DNA of 58,344 nucleotides from an uncultured Candidatus Saccharibacteria bacterium. GTDB lineage: Bacteria > Patescibacteriota > Saccharimonadia > Saccharimonadales > CAZVRA01. The first letter of the stretch is position 1. Each line of letters starts with the position of its first letter. The DNA lies in assembly GCA_964630055.1 (NCBI GenBank), contig CAZVRA010000004.1:1-58344 (forward strand), written 5' to 3'. Below are positions 1-9,216 of this stretch, in pieces. The notes beneath the pieces were generated by a model that was given only the letters and a program-made list of their open reading frames with translations, made no database searches and was not told where the DNA came from. The position numbers and the translations under genes are program-made.

Positions 1-53
1 GCGCGTCACTGATAATGACGAGGTCGGAGGTTCAAGTCCCTCATCGCCCACCA
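1..53 (+). tRNA. tRNA-Ile(GAU), 3' portion only (5' end is upstream of the window)
   Basis: Anticodon stem cgtca/tgacg (4-8/16-20) with loop ctGATaa. T-loop ttcaagt, 3' acceptor strand atcgccc, discriminator A and encoded CCA ending at 53. Confidence 0.8.
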
Positions 54-140
54 GAAAGTCATTATATTGAGCGAAGCGAGATATAATGGATTTGGGAGAT
101 CATTCATTGTTGCCCACCAAAACAATAGTCGCATTTATGC

Positions 141-217
141 GGGCGCTTAGCTCAGTTGGCTAGAGCACCTCGTTTACACCGAGGGGGTCGGGGGTTCGAG
201 CCCCTCATCACCCACCA
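141..217 (+). tRNA. tRNA-Val(UAC)
   Basis: 77-nt cloverleaf. D-arm gctc-agttggcta-gagc, anticodon arm cctcg-ttTACac-cgagg, T-arm ggggg-ttcgagc-ccctc, encoded CCA. Acceptor stem has two non-pairing positions (see findings). Confidence 0.8.
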
Positions 218-220
218 AGC

Positions 221-256
221 AAAAAACCGGCTTCACTTGTGAACCGGTTTTTTGCT
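221..256 (+). terminator. Rho-independent terminator after the tRNA-Ile/tRNA-Val pair (A-run upstream, so possibly bidirectional)
   Basis: Hairpin ccgg(c)ttca / tgaaccgg (227-247) followed by tttttt; preceded by aaaaaa. Confidence 0.6.
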
Positions 257-412
257 TTTTGTCGTGCGCGCCCACCCGCGGCGGGTGGTTTTTGTTTTAC
301 ATTTGTTTTAATGTTTATTTCCAAGCGCCGCATGAGCGCACGAACTATTCTTAGCATAAGCGCTCTGGCAAATTTGTCAAGCCTATCGGTGAACCCACTT
401 GCAAAGTTATCT

Positions 413-2443
413 TTAACCTAGCAATTTTAATAAGTCGGTTTCGCTAATAATTTTGGTGCCGTACTGCTCGGCTTTTTTAAGTTTACTGCCGCCAGACTTG
501 GCAGAACTAACGGAACCGGTCACCAAAAACGTTGTGTCTTTAGATATGGCCGACTGAAACGTGCCGCCAAGTGAGCGGATTTTCTCGGCTGCTATGTCGC
601 GCCCCATGCTCGCCAGCGTACCAGTTATTGCAAAAGATTGGCCGCTTAACAGGCCGCCAGTTTTTTTGACCTCTTGCGGCCAAACGCCCAGATTGCGAAA
701 TTTGGCCAGCAAATTACGGTTTTCGTCTTCGTCGAACCACAAAAGCACCGAATCGGCCACGATATCGCCAATTCCTTCGACGTCCCTAAGTTGCTTAAGC
801 GTGGCTGTACCTAGTGAGTCTAGTCGTTTAAAAGTGTTGGCCAGATCGGTTGCTGTTTGGGCGCCAACGTGCCTGATTCCCAGCCCGTAAATAAACCGCG
901 CTAAGCTGGGATTTTTTTTGGCGGCGATGGCGTCGACCAGTTTTTGGGCCGATATTTGAGCAAATCGGTCTAGCCGTAGCAGATCGCTGATGCTTAGCTT
1001 GTAAATGTCGGCTAGGTCCGCAACAAGGCCGGCGTCGACCAAAGCCTCGACGTTTTTTTGACCCAAAGTGTCAATATCTAGTGCGCCTTTGCTGGCATAA
1101 TGCTGCAATGCACGTTTTAGCATAACCGGGCCGCTAGCGCCCTTAACGCGGTAAACTGCTTCGCCGTTTGGACGTTCAAACTGTAAATCGGGGTATTGCC
1201 GTTTTAATTCTTGCTCAAAATTGAATGGTCGGGCGTTTTTGGGGCGTAGTTTTTGGACCACACTTTGAACCTGCGGAATTATGTCGCCGGCCTTAAAAAT
1301 TACTACAGTGTCGCCAATTCTGATGTCCTGCCGAACAATTTCATCGGCGTTGTGCAAGCTAGCATGCTGCACTGTTGTGCCAGCTACAACAACTGGATCA
1401 AATACCGCCACCGGTGTGGCGGCCCCGGTGCGACCAATGCTAATTACTATATCCTTGACCAACGTTGTTGCCTGCTCGGCCGGATATTTATAGGCTACGG
1501 CAGCCCGGGGCTGTTTGCCAACAATGCCTAGGTCGGCATAAGCCCGCCGGTCGTTGACTTTTACAACTAGTCCGTCTGTGAAAAACGGCAAATCATGGCG
1601 CTGATCGCCAACACTTTTTATATATTCGGCTAGCGTTTCCAGGTCGGTAAAAACCTTAGCCTGGTCATTGCAAGTAATTCCCAATGAAAGTATTGTTTTG
1701 TAGGCCTGAGAGTTTGTAGCAATTTGGTGTGCGTCATCGCGTAAAATATCGTACGCCCTAAAGGCCAGCGGCCGGGCTGCGACCAGCTCTGGGTCCAGCT
1801 GGCGAACTGTGCCAGCCGCTAAATTACGTGGGTTAGCAAATTCGGGCTGGCCGTCGGCCCGCCGCTGAGCGTTGAGCGATTCAAAATCTTGTCGCAGCAT
1901 GATTATTTCACCGCGAATTTCGGTCCGTCCCTGCAAAAATTGTTCATAGCCAGCCGACCTGCGTAACCGCAAGGGCACGCTACGAATTGTTCGAACGTTA
2001 GCGGTGATATCTTCGCCTACGTAGCTATCGCCGCGGGTGATTCCCTGCACTAAAACACCACCTTGATAAACCAACGCACAGGCCAGTCCGTCCATTTTTA
2101 TGTCGCAAAAATACTGGTGTTTGTTGCCTGGTAGCAATTTGTCCATGCGCTTCATCCAGGCGGCAACGTCTTCGATACTAAAAACATCGTTTAAGCTTAA
2201 CATCCTAGAGCTGTGGCGAACTTTGGCAAAGCCACCTTTTAGGGCCGATCCAACCCGCTGGGTGGGGCTATCTGGTGAAATTAAATCCGGATGAGCTGCC
2301 TCAAGCGCCTTAAGCTCGTCCATTAAACCATCGTAAATAGCGTCGCTAACGCTTGGAGAATCTAGAGTGTGATATTGGTAGCTATACTCGTTTAAAAGAT
2401 CACGCAGCTCTTCTGCTCGTTTTACTAAAGCTTGGCTGCTCAT
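413..2443 (-). CDS. ligA: NAD-dependent DNA ligase
   Basis: 676-aa ORF with adenylation motif CDIKMDGLA (KxDG). LigA-type nucleotidyltransferase/OB/HhH order and a BRCT-like C-terminus (GQSFAITGTL...). Confidence 0.95.
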   Translation of the reverse strand: MSSQALVKRAEELRDLLNEYSYQYHTLDSPSVSDAIYDGLMDELKALEAAHPDLISPDSPTQRVGSALKGGFAKVRHSSRMLSLNDVFSIEDVAAWMKRMDKLLPGNKHQYFCDIKMDGLACALVYQGGVLVQGITRGDSYVGEDITANVRTIRSVPLRLRRSAGYEQFLQGRTEIRGEIIMLRQDFESLNAQRRADGQPEFANPRNLAAGTVRQLDPELVAARPLAFRAYDILRDDAHQIATNSQAYKTILSLGITCNDQAKVFTDLETLAEYIKSVGDQRHDLPFFTDGLVVKVNDRRAYADLGIVGKQPRAAVAYKYPAEQATTLVKDIVISIGRTGAATPVAVFDPVVVAGTTVQHASLHNADEIVRQDIRIGDTVVIFKAGDIIPQVQSVVQKLRPKNARPFNFEQELKRQYPDLQFERPNGEAVYRVKGASGPVMLKRALQHYASKGALDIDTLGQKNVEALVDAGLVADLADIYKLSISDLLRLDRFAQISAQKLVDAIAAKKNPSLARFIYGLGIRHVGAQTATDLANTFKRLDSLGTATLKQLRDVEGIGDIVADSVLLWFDEDENRNLLAKFRNLGVWPQEVKKTGGLLSGQSFAITGTLASMGRDIAAEKIRSLGGTFQSAISKDTTFLVTGSVSSAKSGGSKLKKAEQYGTKIISETDLLKLLG

Positions 2444-3465
2444 TTAAGCAGCTCGCGGTAAAGCAAGTACATATACAGCACCGACACCAGCCAGCCAATT
2501 ATGCTTAAGCAATAGAACAATGCTTCGGCGATTTTGGTAGCATAGAGCAACACTGGCAGCATAATGACCGCCGACACAATAATGGCCACCACCAAGAAAA
2601 ACACTATTTTTTTAAGAATTTGTAGTCGACGAAATTTGACCAGTTGCTTGGCGCTACGCAGCGCGCGCATTGGCCGCATATCGGGCAATGTGGCAATAAA
2701 AATCGCAAACATCGAAGCCGTTATCCAATAAAGCGACATCCATATAAGCAGTAAATAAGTCAGCAAGCTTATAATTTTTTCTGGCGGCGATATGGCAATA
2801 CCACTACTAATTACGGTAGTATAGAGCCAGTTGCCAATTGCAATAGGTACTAGGTGCAAACCAACCATCATGAGCACCAAAGTACACTGAACAATTGGAT
2901 ACGTACCCATGTAAAAGCCGTCGCGGACCGATACTTTTTGGCCCGACATCACCTGCCTGGCAGACCAGATTAATACCACGCTGCAAAGCACTGTCAATAT
3001 TGACTGATAAACGGCTCCTGCATCCGATCCAGCCTGGGCTACACTGCCCAATAAAGCCCCATATAAAATACCACCTGTAGCCAAGCTACTATACTTGCCT
3101 TTAATTAGCTCACCAGCCAAATCTTTTATATCGCCCAGCTGGGTAGTACTGCTAACACCACGCACAAAAATTAAAGTCAGCAGGCCATAAACCAATGCTA
3201 TCGACCCAAACAAACGCCAATTTTGCCTGAGCAGAGAGACAGTACTTTTTAAGATACTATAGGCGCTAATTAGGTTTTTGGGTGCCGGACGCAGTCGGCG
3301 ACGCTGACGCCAATGACGTCTGGGCGGCAACTTCAAGCGTCGTGGCGAATCTGTTGCAGAGGCACTAGCAATAGACCTTTTAGATCCTGCGGCGGTTTGT
3401 TTGTTTATTTTTGTGATATTTGGTTTTTTTGTTTTGGAAGCTTGCCTGGCCTTAGGTCTATTCAT
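2440..3465 (-). CDS. Integral membrane protein, unknown function (basic Lys/Arg/Pro-rich N-terminal tail)
   Basis: 341-aa ORF with about 6 hydrophobic helices after a roughly 60-aa basic segment. 4-nt overlaps with the htpX stop and the ligA start imply one operon. Confidence 0.6.
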   Translation of the reverse strand: MNRPKARQASKTKKPNITKINKQTAAGSKRSIASASATDSPRRLKLPPRRHWRQRRRLRPAPKNLISAYSILKSTVSLLRQNWRLFGSIALVYGLLTLIFVRGVSSTTQLGDIKDLAGELIKGKYSSLATGGILYGALLGSVAQAGSDAGAVYQSILTVLCSVVLIWSARQVMSGQKVSVRDGFYMGTYPIVQCTLVLMMVGLHLVPIAIGNWLYTTVISSGIAISPPEKIISLLTYLLLIWMSLYWITASMFAIFIATLPDMRPMRALRSAKQLVKFRRLQILKKIVFFLVVAIIVSAVIMLPVLLYATKIAEALFYCLSIIGWLVSVLYMYLLYRELLK

Positions 3466-4343
3466 AATTTTTCCATACTTTGCAAACGAGCAATTCGGTC
3501 GGCAATTGGCGGGTGAGTACTAAATAAGTTAGCAATGTTTTTGCGACTCAGCGGATTAGCAAAAAACAAATGCGCGGTTGATGGATTTTGCCGCCGCATA
3601 GCACTACCGGATTCTGATATTTTTTGTAAAGCCCTGGCTAAACCTTCGGGGTAGCGCGTTGTTTGGGCTCCGGTTACATCGGCCAAATACTCACGTTGAC
3701 GTGATACAGCCAGCTGAATCAGGCTAGCGACAATCGGCGACAAAACTGCTGCCGCTAGGCCAAGAAAAAACAACACATTGCCACCACTGTTGTTATCGTC
3801 ATCACGACCGCCACCGAACCAACTAATCCGCAGCAGTATATCGGCCATCAGACCAATTGCTGCCACTAGGCCGAACGCCAGCATCATTACCCTAATATCG
3901 TAATTCTTTACATGACCCATTTCATGAGCTAGGACCCCTTCTAATTCGGGTTTGTCCATAATGTCTAGCAGACCGGTAGTGACTGCTACCGAGGCATGAG
4001 CCGGATCGCGACCAGTAGCAAAAGCGTTAGGCGCCGGGTCATCGATAATGTAAACCTTGGGCATAGGCAGGCCATCGGTCATGGCCAAGTTTTCGACTAT
4101 TTTGAACAAGCGAGGATTATCGGAACGCTCGATTGGCTTGGCACCGCTAACGGCTAAGGCCATGCGACTGCCAGCCAAATAGCTAATGAGCGCATAGACC
4201 AAGGAGCCAATTATTATGTAAGGTGTAATGAAAGGCTTGCCAAAACGCAGAGCCAACAAATAACCAACTGCCGCCACCAGAACAATAAAAATAAGTAGCA
4301 TTATTACAGTTTTGCGTTTGTTGGCTGCCGCATCTTGATGCAT
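3462..4343 (-). CDS. htpX: Zinc metalloprotease HtpX (peptidase M48)
   Basis: 293 aa. HEMGH zinc motif, N-terminal and central TM helices, and typical HtpX termini (NAFATG, FSTHPP...RI..L). Confidence 0.9.
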   Translation of the reverse strand: MHQDAAANKRKTVIMLLIFIVLVAAVGYLLALRFGKPFITPYIIIGSLVYALISYLAGSRMALAVSGAKPIERSDNPRLFKIVENLAMTDGLPMPKVYIIDDPAPNAFATGRDPAHASVAVTTGLLDIMDKPELEGVLAHEMGHVKNYDIRVMMLAFGLVAAIGLMADILLRISWFGGGRDDDNNSGGNVLFFLGLAAAVLSPIVASLIQLAVSRQREYLADVTGAQTTRYPEGLARALQKISESGSAMRRQNPSTAHLFFANPLSRKNIANLFSTHPPIADRIARLQSMEKL

Positions 4344-4395
4344 TTTTTATACCCTACTAACTATTAATTGACGATTTATGGCGCCTAAAAAACGA

Positions 4396-4959
4396 CTAAA
4401 ACTTAACGTCGACTGGGTTTTGTACAGCGGCGTTTTCGGCTTCGTCTAGCTCGTAAAAAGCTCGTTTCCGAAAGCCAAGCATTGATGCGAAAATGTTTGT
4501 TGGAAAAGTCTGGATTTTGATGTTGAGGTCTCTAGCCGAGCCATTATAGAAGCGGCGTGATGCCTGGATTTTGTCTTCGGTATCTGTTAATTCGGCTTGT
4601 AGCTGAGCAAAATTTTCGTTGGCCTTTAGCTCTGGGTAAGCCTCTGCTACAGCAAACAAACTTTTTAGCGCGCCGCTAAACTGGTTATCGGCCTTGGCCG
4701 TTTCTTCGACACCTTGGGCACCTAAAATTGCAGAACGCGCCTTAGTAACATTTTCGAAAACTTCGGTCTCGTGCTTGGCGTAGCCCTTAACCGTTTCGAT
4801 TAGGTTAGGTATAAGATCGGCTCGACGCTTTAGTTGGACGGTTATATCGCTCCAAGCCTCTTCGACACGCACATTGGCTCTCACAAGACCGTTGTATATT
4901 ACCACCAACCCAAGTGCTAAAACTCCTAACACAATTAGTACTATCATTAAAATGCTCAT
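4396..4959 (-). CDS. lemA: LemA family protein
   Basis: 187 aa. N-terminal TM helix followed by the YNGLV...EEAWSDI...QLKRRADLIPNL pattern typical of LemA. Sits upstream of htpX, as is often seen. Confidence 0.9.
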   Translation of the reverse strand: MSILMIVLIVLGVLALGLVVIYNGLVRANVRVEEAWSDITVQLKRRADLIPNLIETVKGYAKHETEVFENVTKARSAILGAQGVEETAKADNQFSGALKSLFAVAEAYPELKANENFAQLQAELTDTEDKIQASRRFYNGSARDLNIKIQTFPTNIFASMLGFRKRAFYELDEAENAAVQNPVDVKF

Positions 4960-5066
4960 AACTATTCCATGTCCCCTTTACTTAAGATTTACCCTTTGAT
5001 TATAGCAGAACGATGCCTCATAAAAAGACTAATTTATTTTTTTGTTTGAATCCTAAGCGATGTCTT

Positions 5067-5154
5067 TGGTGCGCGGGGCGGGAATCGAACCCGCACGCCT
5101 TTATGGGGCAAGAGATTTTAAGTCTCTCGTGTCTACCAATTCCACCACCCGCGC
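5067..5154 (-). tRNA. tRNA-Leu(UAA)
   Basis: Reverse complement gcgcgggtggtggaattggtagacac...cTTAAaa... with a long variable arm. T-arm gcggg-ttcgatt-cccgc, encoded CCA. Confidence 0.9.
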
Positions 5155-5276
5155 GTGTTTGTAATTACCCCAAGTGCGCAGCAGCGAGTGCTACCGAACC
5201 TTTGAGGAGTGAATAATTCGAATTAATTTCGAATCTGCTGCGGAGGAGTCAACTCCTCCTGAACCCAACTTAATGT

Positions 5277-5350
5277 TGGAGGCACGTACCGGATTTGAAC
5301 CGGTGTACGCGGTTTTGCAGACCGCTGCGTAACCACTCCGCCAACGCGCC
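5277..5350 (-). tRNA. tRNA-Cys(GCA)
   Basis: Reverse complement ggcgcgttggcggagtggttacgcagcggtctGCAaaaccgc...ggttcaaatcc...cctcca. 74-nt cloverleaf with encoded CCA. Confidence 0.9.
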
Positions 5351-5394
5351 GATTTCTATATTATAACTAATCTGCCCTAATTTATCATATTTTT

Positions 5395-5421
5395 TTGACA
5401 CTAGTGCGCATGCTGTATACT
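5395..5421 (+). promoter_or_regulatory. Sigma70-like promoter for a leaderless transcript (TTGACA-N15-TATACT, ATG 6 nt downstream)
   Basis: TTGACA at 5395-5400 and TATACT at 5416-5421, then catatt and ATG at 5428. No Shine-Dalgarno sequence. Confidence 0.4.
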
Positions 5422-5427
5422 CATATT

Positions 5428-6066
5428 ATGAGTAGCAAGCCTAAAACACGTCCGATTAGGAACAAAAATATTCGTTTTGGCACAGCGGCGCTGCTTGGGC
5501 TAACGGCCAGCTGCATTGCCGGCATGACATGGGGCTGGGATTTGGCGCCGCTAATTGGCTGGGATGCTAGTGCTTTGTTCTTTATGGCCCTACTTTGGTC
5601 GGACTTTTGGGGCCGTACGCCTCAGGAGCTAGAAACAGTCGTTCGACGGGACGACATGGGTAATCCGTTTGTAGACATAACCGTTACTGTGGCCAGCCTG
5701 GTTAGCATAGCGGCCGTAGCCTTAATGCTAACCAGCGATGGTACAGGGTTAACTCATGTTGGATTTGGCCTGGTTAGCATTGTTATATCTTGGGCCACAG
5801 TCCATAGCTCGTTTGCTTTGCGCTACGCTGGCCTGTATTTTGAAGGGCAAAAAGGCGGTATAGACTTTAATAGCCAAGAAGCTCCCTCTTTTGTAGATTT
5901 TGCCTACATAGCTTTTACTATTGGCATGACTTATCAGGTTTCGGACACCTCAATATCTTCGCGCCGTATTCGCCGACTAGCCCTAAGGCATGCCATTATA
6001 TCCTTTGTTTTTGGGACGGCCATTATAGCCACCACTATAAATTTTGTGGCCAGCTTAAGCGGCTAA
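5428..6066 (+). CDS. DUF1345 family membrane protein
   Basis: The maximal ORF starts at TTG 5395; ATG 5428 is preferred because of the promoter geometry. C-terminal pattern HSSFALRYAGLYF...GGIDF...PSFVDFAYIAFTIGMTYQVSDT matches my recollection of DUF1345. Confidence 0.65.
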   Translation: MSSKPKTRPIRNKNIRFGTAALLGLTASCIAGMTWGWDLAPLIGWDASALFFMALLWSDFWGRTPQELETVVRRDDMGNPFVDITVTVASLVSIAAVALMLTSDGTGLTHVGFGLVSIVISWATVHSSFALRYAGLYFEGQKGGIDFNSQEAPSFVDFAYIAFTIGMTYQVSDTSISSRRIRRLALRHAIISFVFGTAIIATTINFVASLSG

Positions 6067-6176
6067 TTAGTAGGTTTGTTATTCCAGCATTTTATTGCCT
6101 GCCGATATTGCCATAAGGCTAGTTTTACCTTATAATGGTGGCCTGTACCATATAATTATGGCATGCTGTATACCAT

Positions 6177-6253
6177 GCGGGTCTAGCTCAGTTGTTTAGA
6201 GCGCGTCCTTGCCAAGGACGAGGCCAGGGGTTAGAGTCCCCTGACCCGCACCA
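6177..6253 (+). tRNA. tRNA-Gly(GCC) with an atypical D-loop/T-loop
   Basis: gcgggtc-ta-gctc-agttgttta-gagc-g-cgtcc-ttGCCaa-ggacg-aggcc-agggg-ttagagt-cccct-gacccgc-acca. Clean stems. The D-loop lacks GG and the T-loop has A at position 56. Confidence 0.85.
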
Positions 6254-6665
6254 AAAGTGTCTTACTTGAACCCCGAGCAGTGTAAACATCATCCATATTT
6301 ATAAATATATATAACAGATAATAAATAAAACCTAATTTTATTTTTACAGATGTAAAATTTTTTTATTTTTAATAGGTGCTTACAGTGTTGCTCATAGATA
6401 AAAACAATAATAACTCCTTGTTTTTGAAATTGTCTGCAGCGAATACTGGAACTATTATTGCTTGCCAGGAAATAGAATTATAATTAATATTAAGGGGGTA
6501 AATTGCTATTGGTTAAGCTTAAATATTAATATGATTTTAAGACATAATCTGTTTTGTGCCGCGAAATCCATCACGGTTTGTCGTCATAAATATTCGAATT
6601 TTATAAACACTAATTATTTTTTATTCTTTGTAACTAACAAAATCTATCATTAATACGGTGGCTAT

Positions 6666-7955
6666 ATGTTAAAAAGACATGAGCAAATTCGCATCCACGA
6701 CCTAATAAAACAGGGTACAACTGTCAAGGAAATTTCTTTGCGAACCGGAAAAAGTCTGGGAACTATCTATAAATACAAAAAACTCAATGGGAAACTTACA
6801 AGTGGCAAGTATAATAGGGTGGTACTTGATTCCGAATTAGCGCCGTTTTATGATTTTTTGGACTCAAAAATAAGAACCAGAAACATAAAGCCTACGTCGT
6901 TATTTTTTACTATTCAGAAGCTGGGATATAGGGGTTCACGCAAGATATTTGATGATTATTTCGTTACTAGAAAACGAGAACTCAGTCCGTCCAGAACCAT
7001 AAAACGCATTGAGACAGCGCCAGGTGAAGAGGCACAAGTAGATTGGGGGCATTTTGGAACTATTGTAGTAGATGGCAAAAAAGAAAAGTTATATTTATTT
7101 TCTTATGTTTTATCCTATAGTCGTGCAGCATACATGGAATTTGTTGTTCGCCAAAATCAACGCACTTTACAGAGTTGTCACATAAAGGCTTTTAACAAAT
7201 TAGGCATACCCAGAACTATTTTATACGATAACATGAAGACAGTAGTAAGCCATCGCGAGAAGCAGCTAGATGGCAGTAGAAGGGTGATATATAATTTGCA
7301 ATTTTTAGATTTTGCCCGTTATTATCAATTCAAGCCCTTAGCCTGTGCGCCATATTACCCCCAATCTAAGGGCAAGGTAGAAAGCAGTATAAAGCTGGCC
7401 CGAAATTATTTTTCTAGGAGTACTCCAAATATTAACGAAACAATGGAAAGTATTAATGAGAGGCTTCAATATTGGTTGGACAACATAGCCAATAATCGTG
7501 TTCATGGAACAACTAATACAAGACCATGCGATCTTTGGAAAAAAGAGAAAGAAAATTTAGCTTTCCCTAATGTTCCACCCTATAACACATCTGTTGTGAG
7601 GTCCTACTACACGACCCAATACGGCATTTTTACCTATAAAAGCGTTGTTTATAACATGGGCGGAACATATGCCCGGATGAAATTAGGGATTCGTGAGATC
7701 GAAGAGCACGGATTGCCATTAATAGAGCTATATCGCAATAACGAATTAATTAAGATACTGCCAGTACCTAGTAAGCGCCATACTCTAGTGTCGGCAATAG
7801 ACGTTACTCCAGGCGAAATATCAAAACGTGATATGTTGCCATCTGGAGGATCAAGTAAAACGAAAAACCGCAAAAATTTTGATATTGATGTACAGCAGCG
7901 CGGCGAGAACTACTATTTAAACCTAAATAAACAAGAAACGGCAATCTATGGGTAA
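6666..7955 (+). CDS. istA: IS21-family transposase IstA (DDE)
   Basis: 429 aa. N-terminal HTH (IKQGTTVKEISLRTGKSLGTIYKY). DDE triad context: EAQVDWGHF, ILYDNMKTVV, PQSKGKVES. Confidence 0.9.
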   Translation: MLKRHEQIRIHDLIKQGTTVKEISLRTGKSLGTIYKYKKLNGKLTSGKYNRVVLDSELAPFYDFLDSKIRTRNIKPTSLFFTIQKLGYRGSRKIFDDYFVTRKRELSPSRTIKRIETAPGEEAQVDWGHFGTIVVDGKKEKLYLFSYVLSYSRAAYMEFVVRQNQRTLQSCHIKAFNKLGIPRTILYDNMKTVVSHREKQLDGSRRVIYNLQFLDFARYYQFKPLACAPYYPQSKGKVESSIKLARNYFSRSTPNINETMESINERLQYWLDNIANNRVHGTTNTRPCDLWKKEKENLAFPNVPPYNTSVVRSYYTTQYGIFTYKSVVYNMGGTYARMKLGIREIEEHGLPLIELYRNNELIKILPVPSKRHTLVSAIDVTPGEISKRDMLPSGGSSKTKNRKNFDIDVQQRGENYYLNLNKQETAIYG

Positions 7956-8829
7956 GAAGGCAATTGCAAAATTTACTTTTCCAAACGATGAATCACAAAT
8001 AGAGCGCATAACAAAAGCTTTAATCTGTCTTGGTCTTGGCACCGCTGCTTTGTCTTTTGAGTATTTGTCAAAGGAAGTTCAAAAGTCCCATGGTACGCAT
8101 TTTGATTTTATGGAGGAGTTGTTGCGACTAGAATTTGCCCAAAAAGAAGACAGTAGGGTCGAATTAAGAATTAATCGTGCCAAGCTCACGCCAGTCGTTA
8201 ATCTAAGAGAGCTTAGTTTTAAAAAACAACCAAGCATTGATCCGGTACTCGTGAATGATTTGGCTAGCTGTCGTTATATTAAGGAAGGCAAGAACGTAAT
8301 TATTCTCGGGCCTCCAGGCGTAGGCAAAACATACCTGGCCAACGGACTATGTTACGAAGCCATTCTTCAGGGTAGGACGACGCGATGTATGAAAAAGGAT
8401 GAATGCATAACTGCAATTAACAGCTCTTCAGAAAAAGCCGTGGAGCGCTTGTTCAAAATGCTCGCTGCCCCAAATTTATTAGTCGTCGATGACATTGACT
8501 ACTACAATAATGACGATAATTCAGGTCAAATTATTCATGATATTTTAAAGTATCGTTACGAGTATAATCTTTCGACAATTATAACGTCGAACAATAATCC
8601 TGTAGAATGGTTAAAGCTTTTTGGAAACAATAAAGTTAGAGCAGCAGCATTACTTGATAGGTTGATGGACCATTCCCGCGCGTATGTCATTAACATAAAG
8701 GGGCAATCTTATAGAGTGCCTGATCCGGGAATTATGGTTGATCAGATATCAACTAGTGTTGATTCAAAAAGTACTGTAAAGCTTGAGAGAAAGCAGATTC
8801 GTTCGCTTTTGAACCATCTAATAAATTGA
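7948..8829 (+). CDS. istB: IS21-family helper ATPase IstB (AAA+)
   Basis: 293 aa. Walker A GPPGVGKTYLA and Walker B LLVVDDID. Start overlaps the istA stop, the typical IS21 arrangement. Confidence 0.9.
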   Translation: MGKKAIAKFTFPNDESQIERITKALICLGLGTAALSFEYLSKEVQKSHGTHFDFMEELLRLEFAQKEDSRVELRINRAKLTPVVNLRELSFKKQPSIDPVLVNDLASCRYIKEGKNVIILGPPGVGKTYLANGLCYEAILQGRTTRCMKKDECITAINSSSEKAVERLFKMLAAPNLLVVDDIDYYNNDDNSGQIIHDILKYRYEYNLSTIITSNNNPVEWLKLFGNNKVRAAALLDRLMDHSRAYVINIKGQSYRVPDPGIMVDQISTSVDSKSTVKLERKQIRSLLNHLIN

Positions 8830-9216
8830 GCTTTCTGTTTGTGCTGGAAGTTGTCTTGATTTTACTATGTCAAGCATCAAATCTATAGCCTCATTGTCGA
8901 AGAGGTCAATCACTGAAGCTAATAGCCGGACTTTGTATTTATCCTGCAAAGTGACAAGTTCGCTAATAAATCCATCAGGTACTGCATCTTTATCATCCAT
9001 TAAACTGCCGTCTACTCTATGCTTTGTGCGCAATTCAGCAGTCCGGTCGGCAAACTCGCATAATAGCTTATCTATATCATTGTCTCCTGTCGGTTCAATA
9101 ATGTTGCTTGCACCCCATTCTCGCATTAGTATCAGACAAGCTTTGAAAGCTCTAGGATCATCAATAATTAGCCCATCATTTTTATCATATAAAATTCTAT
9201 AGTTAGTTATATTCAT
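8818..9216 (-). CDS. Hypothetical acidic protein (132 aa) in the low-GC segment
   Basis: The ORF track extends to 9321 through tRNA-Leu, so it is trimmed to ATG 9216 (MNITNYRILYD...). The 3' end overlaps the istB stop by 12 nt. No family recognised. Confidence 0.45.
   Translation of the reverse strand: MNITNYRILYDKNDGLIIDDPRAFKACLILMREWGASNIIEPTGDNDIDKLLCEFADRTAELRTKHRVDGSLMDDKDAVPDGFISELVTLQDKYKVRLLASVIDLFDNEAIDLMLDIVKSRQLPAQTESSIY

Larger units (their letters stand above)
6344..8876 (+). mobile_element. IS21-family insertion sequence (istA-istB); termini not resolved
   Basis: Intact istA/istB pair with an 8-nt overlap. GC is clearly lower than the flanks. The only weak terminal inverted repeat found is acagatgtaaaat (about 6346) versus the reverse complement of attttactatgt (about 8862). 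The coordinates given are therefore approximate. Confidence 0.6.

Noticed and set aside
5013-5216. 67-aa plus-strand ORF
   Set aside because: It overlaps tRNA-Leu(UAA) on the opposite strand (…AGRESNPHA… is a tRNA T-arm translation).
5228-5262. Perfect palindromes between tRNA-Cys and tRNA-Leu (attcgaa…ttcgaat; ggaggagt-ca-actcctcc)
   Set aside because: They are most simply explained as processing or termination hairpins within a tRNA co-transcript. Nothing suggests a mobile or regulatory element.
6344-8876. Candidate IS21 terminal inverted repeats (acagatgtaaaat versus the reverse complement of attttactatgt; alternatively TGTTTT… at 6419 versus 9253)
   Set aside because: Both pairings are short and contain mismatches or indels, and neither has a matching target-site duplication. 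They are reported only as approximate, unconfirmed ends.
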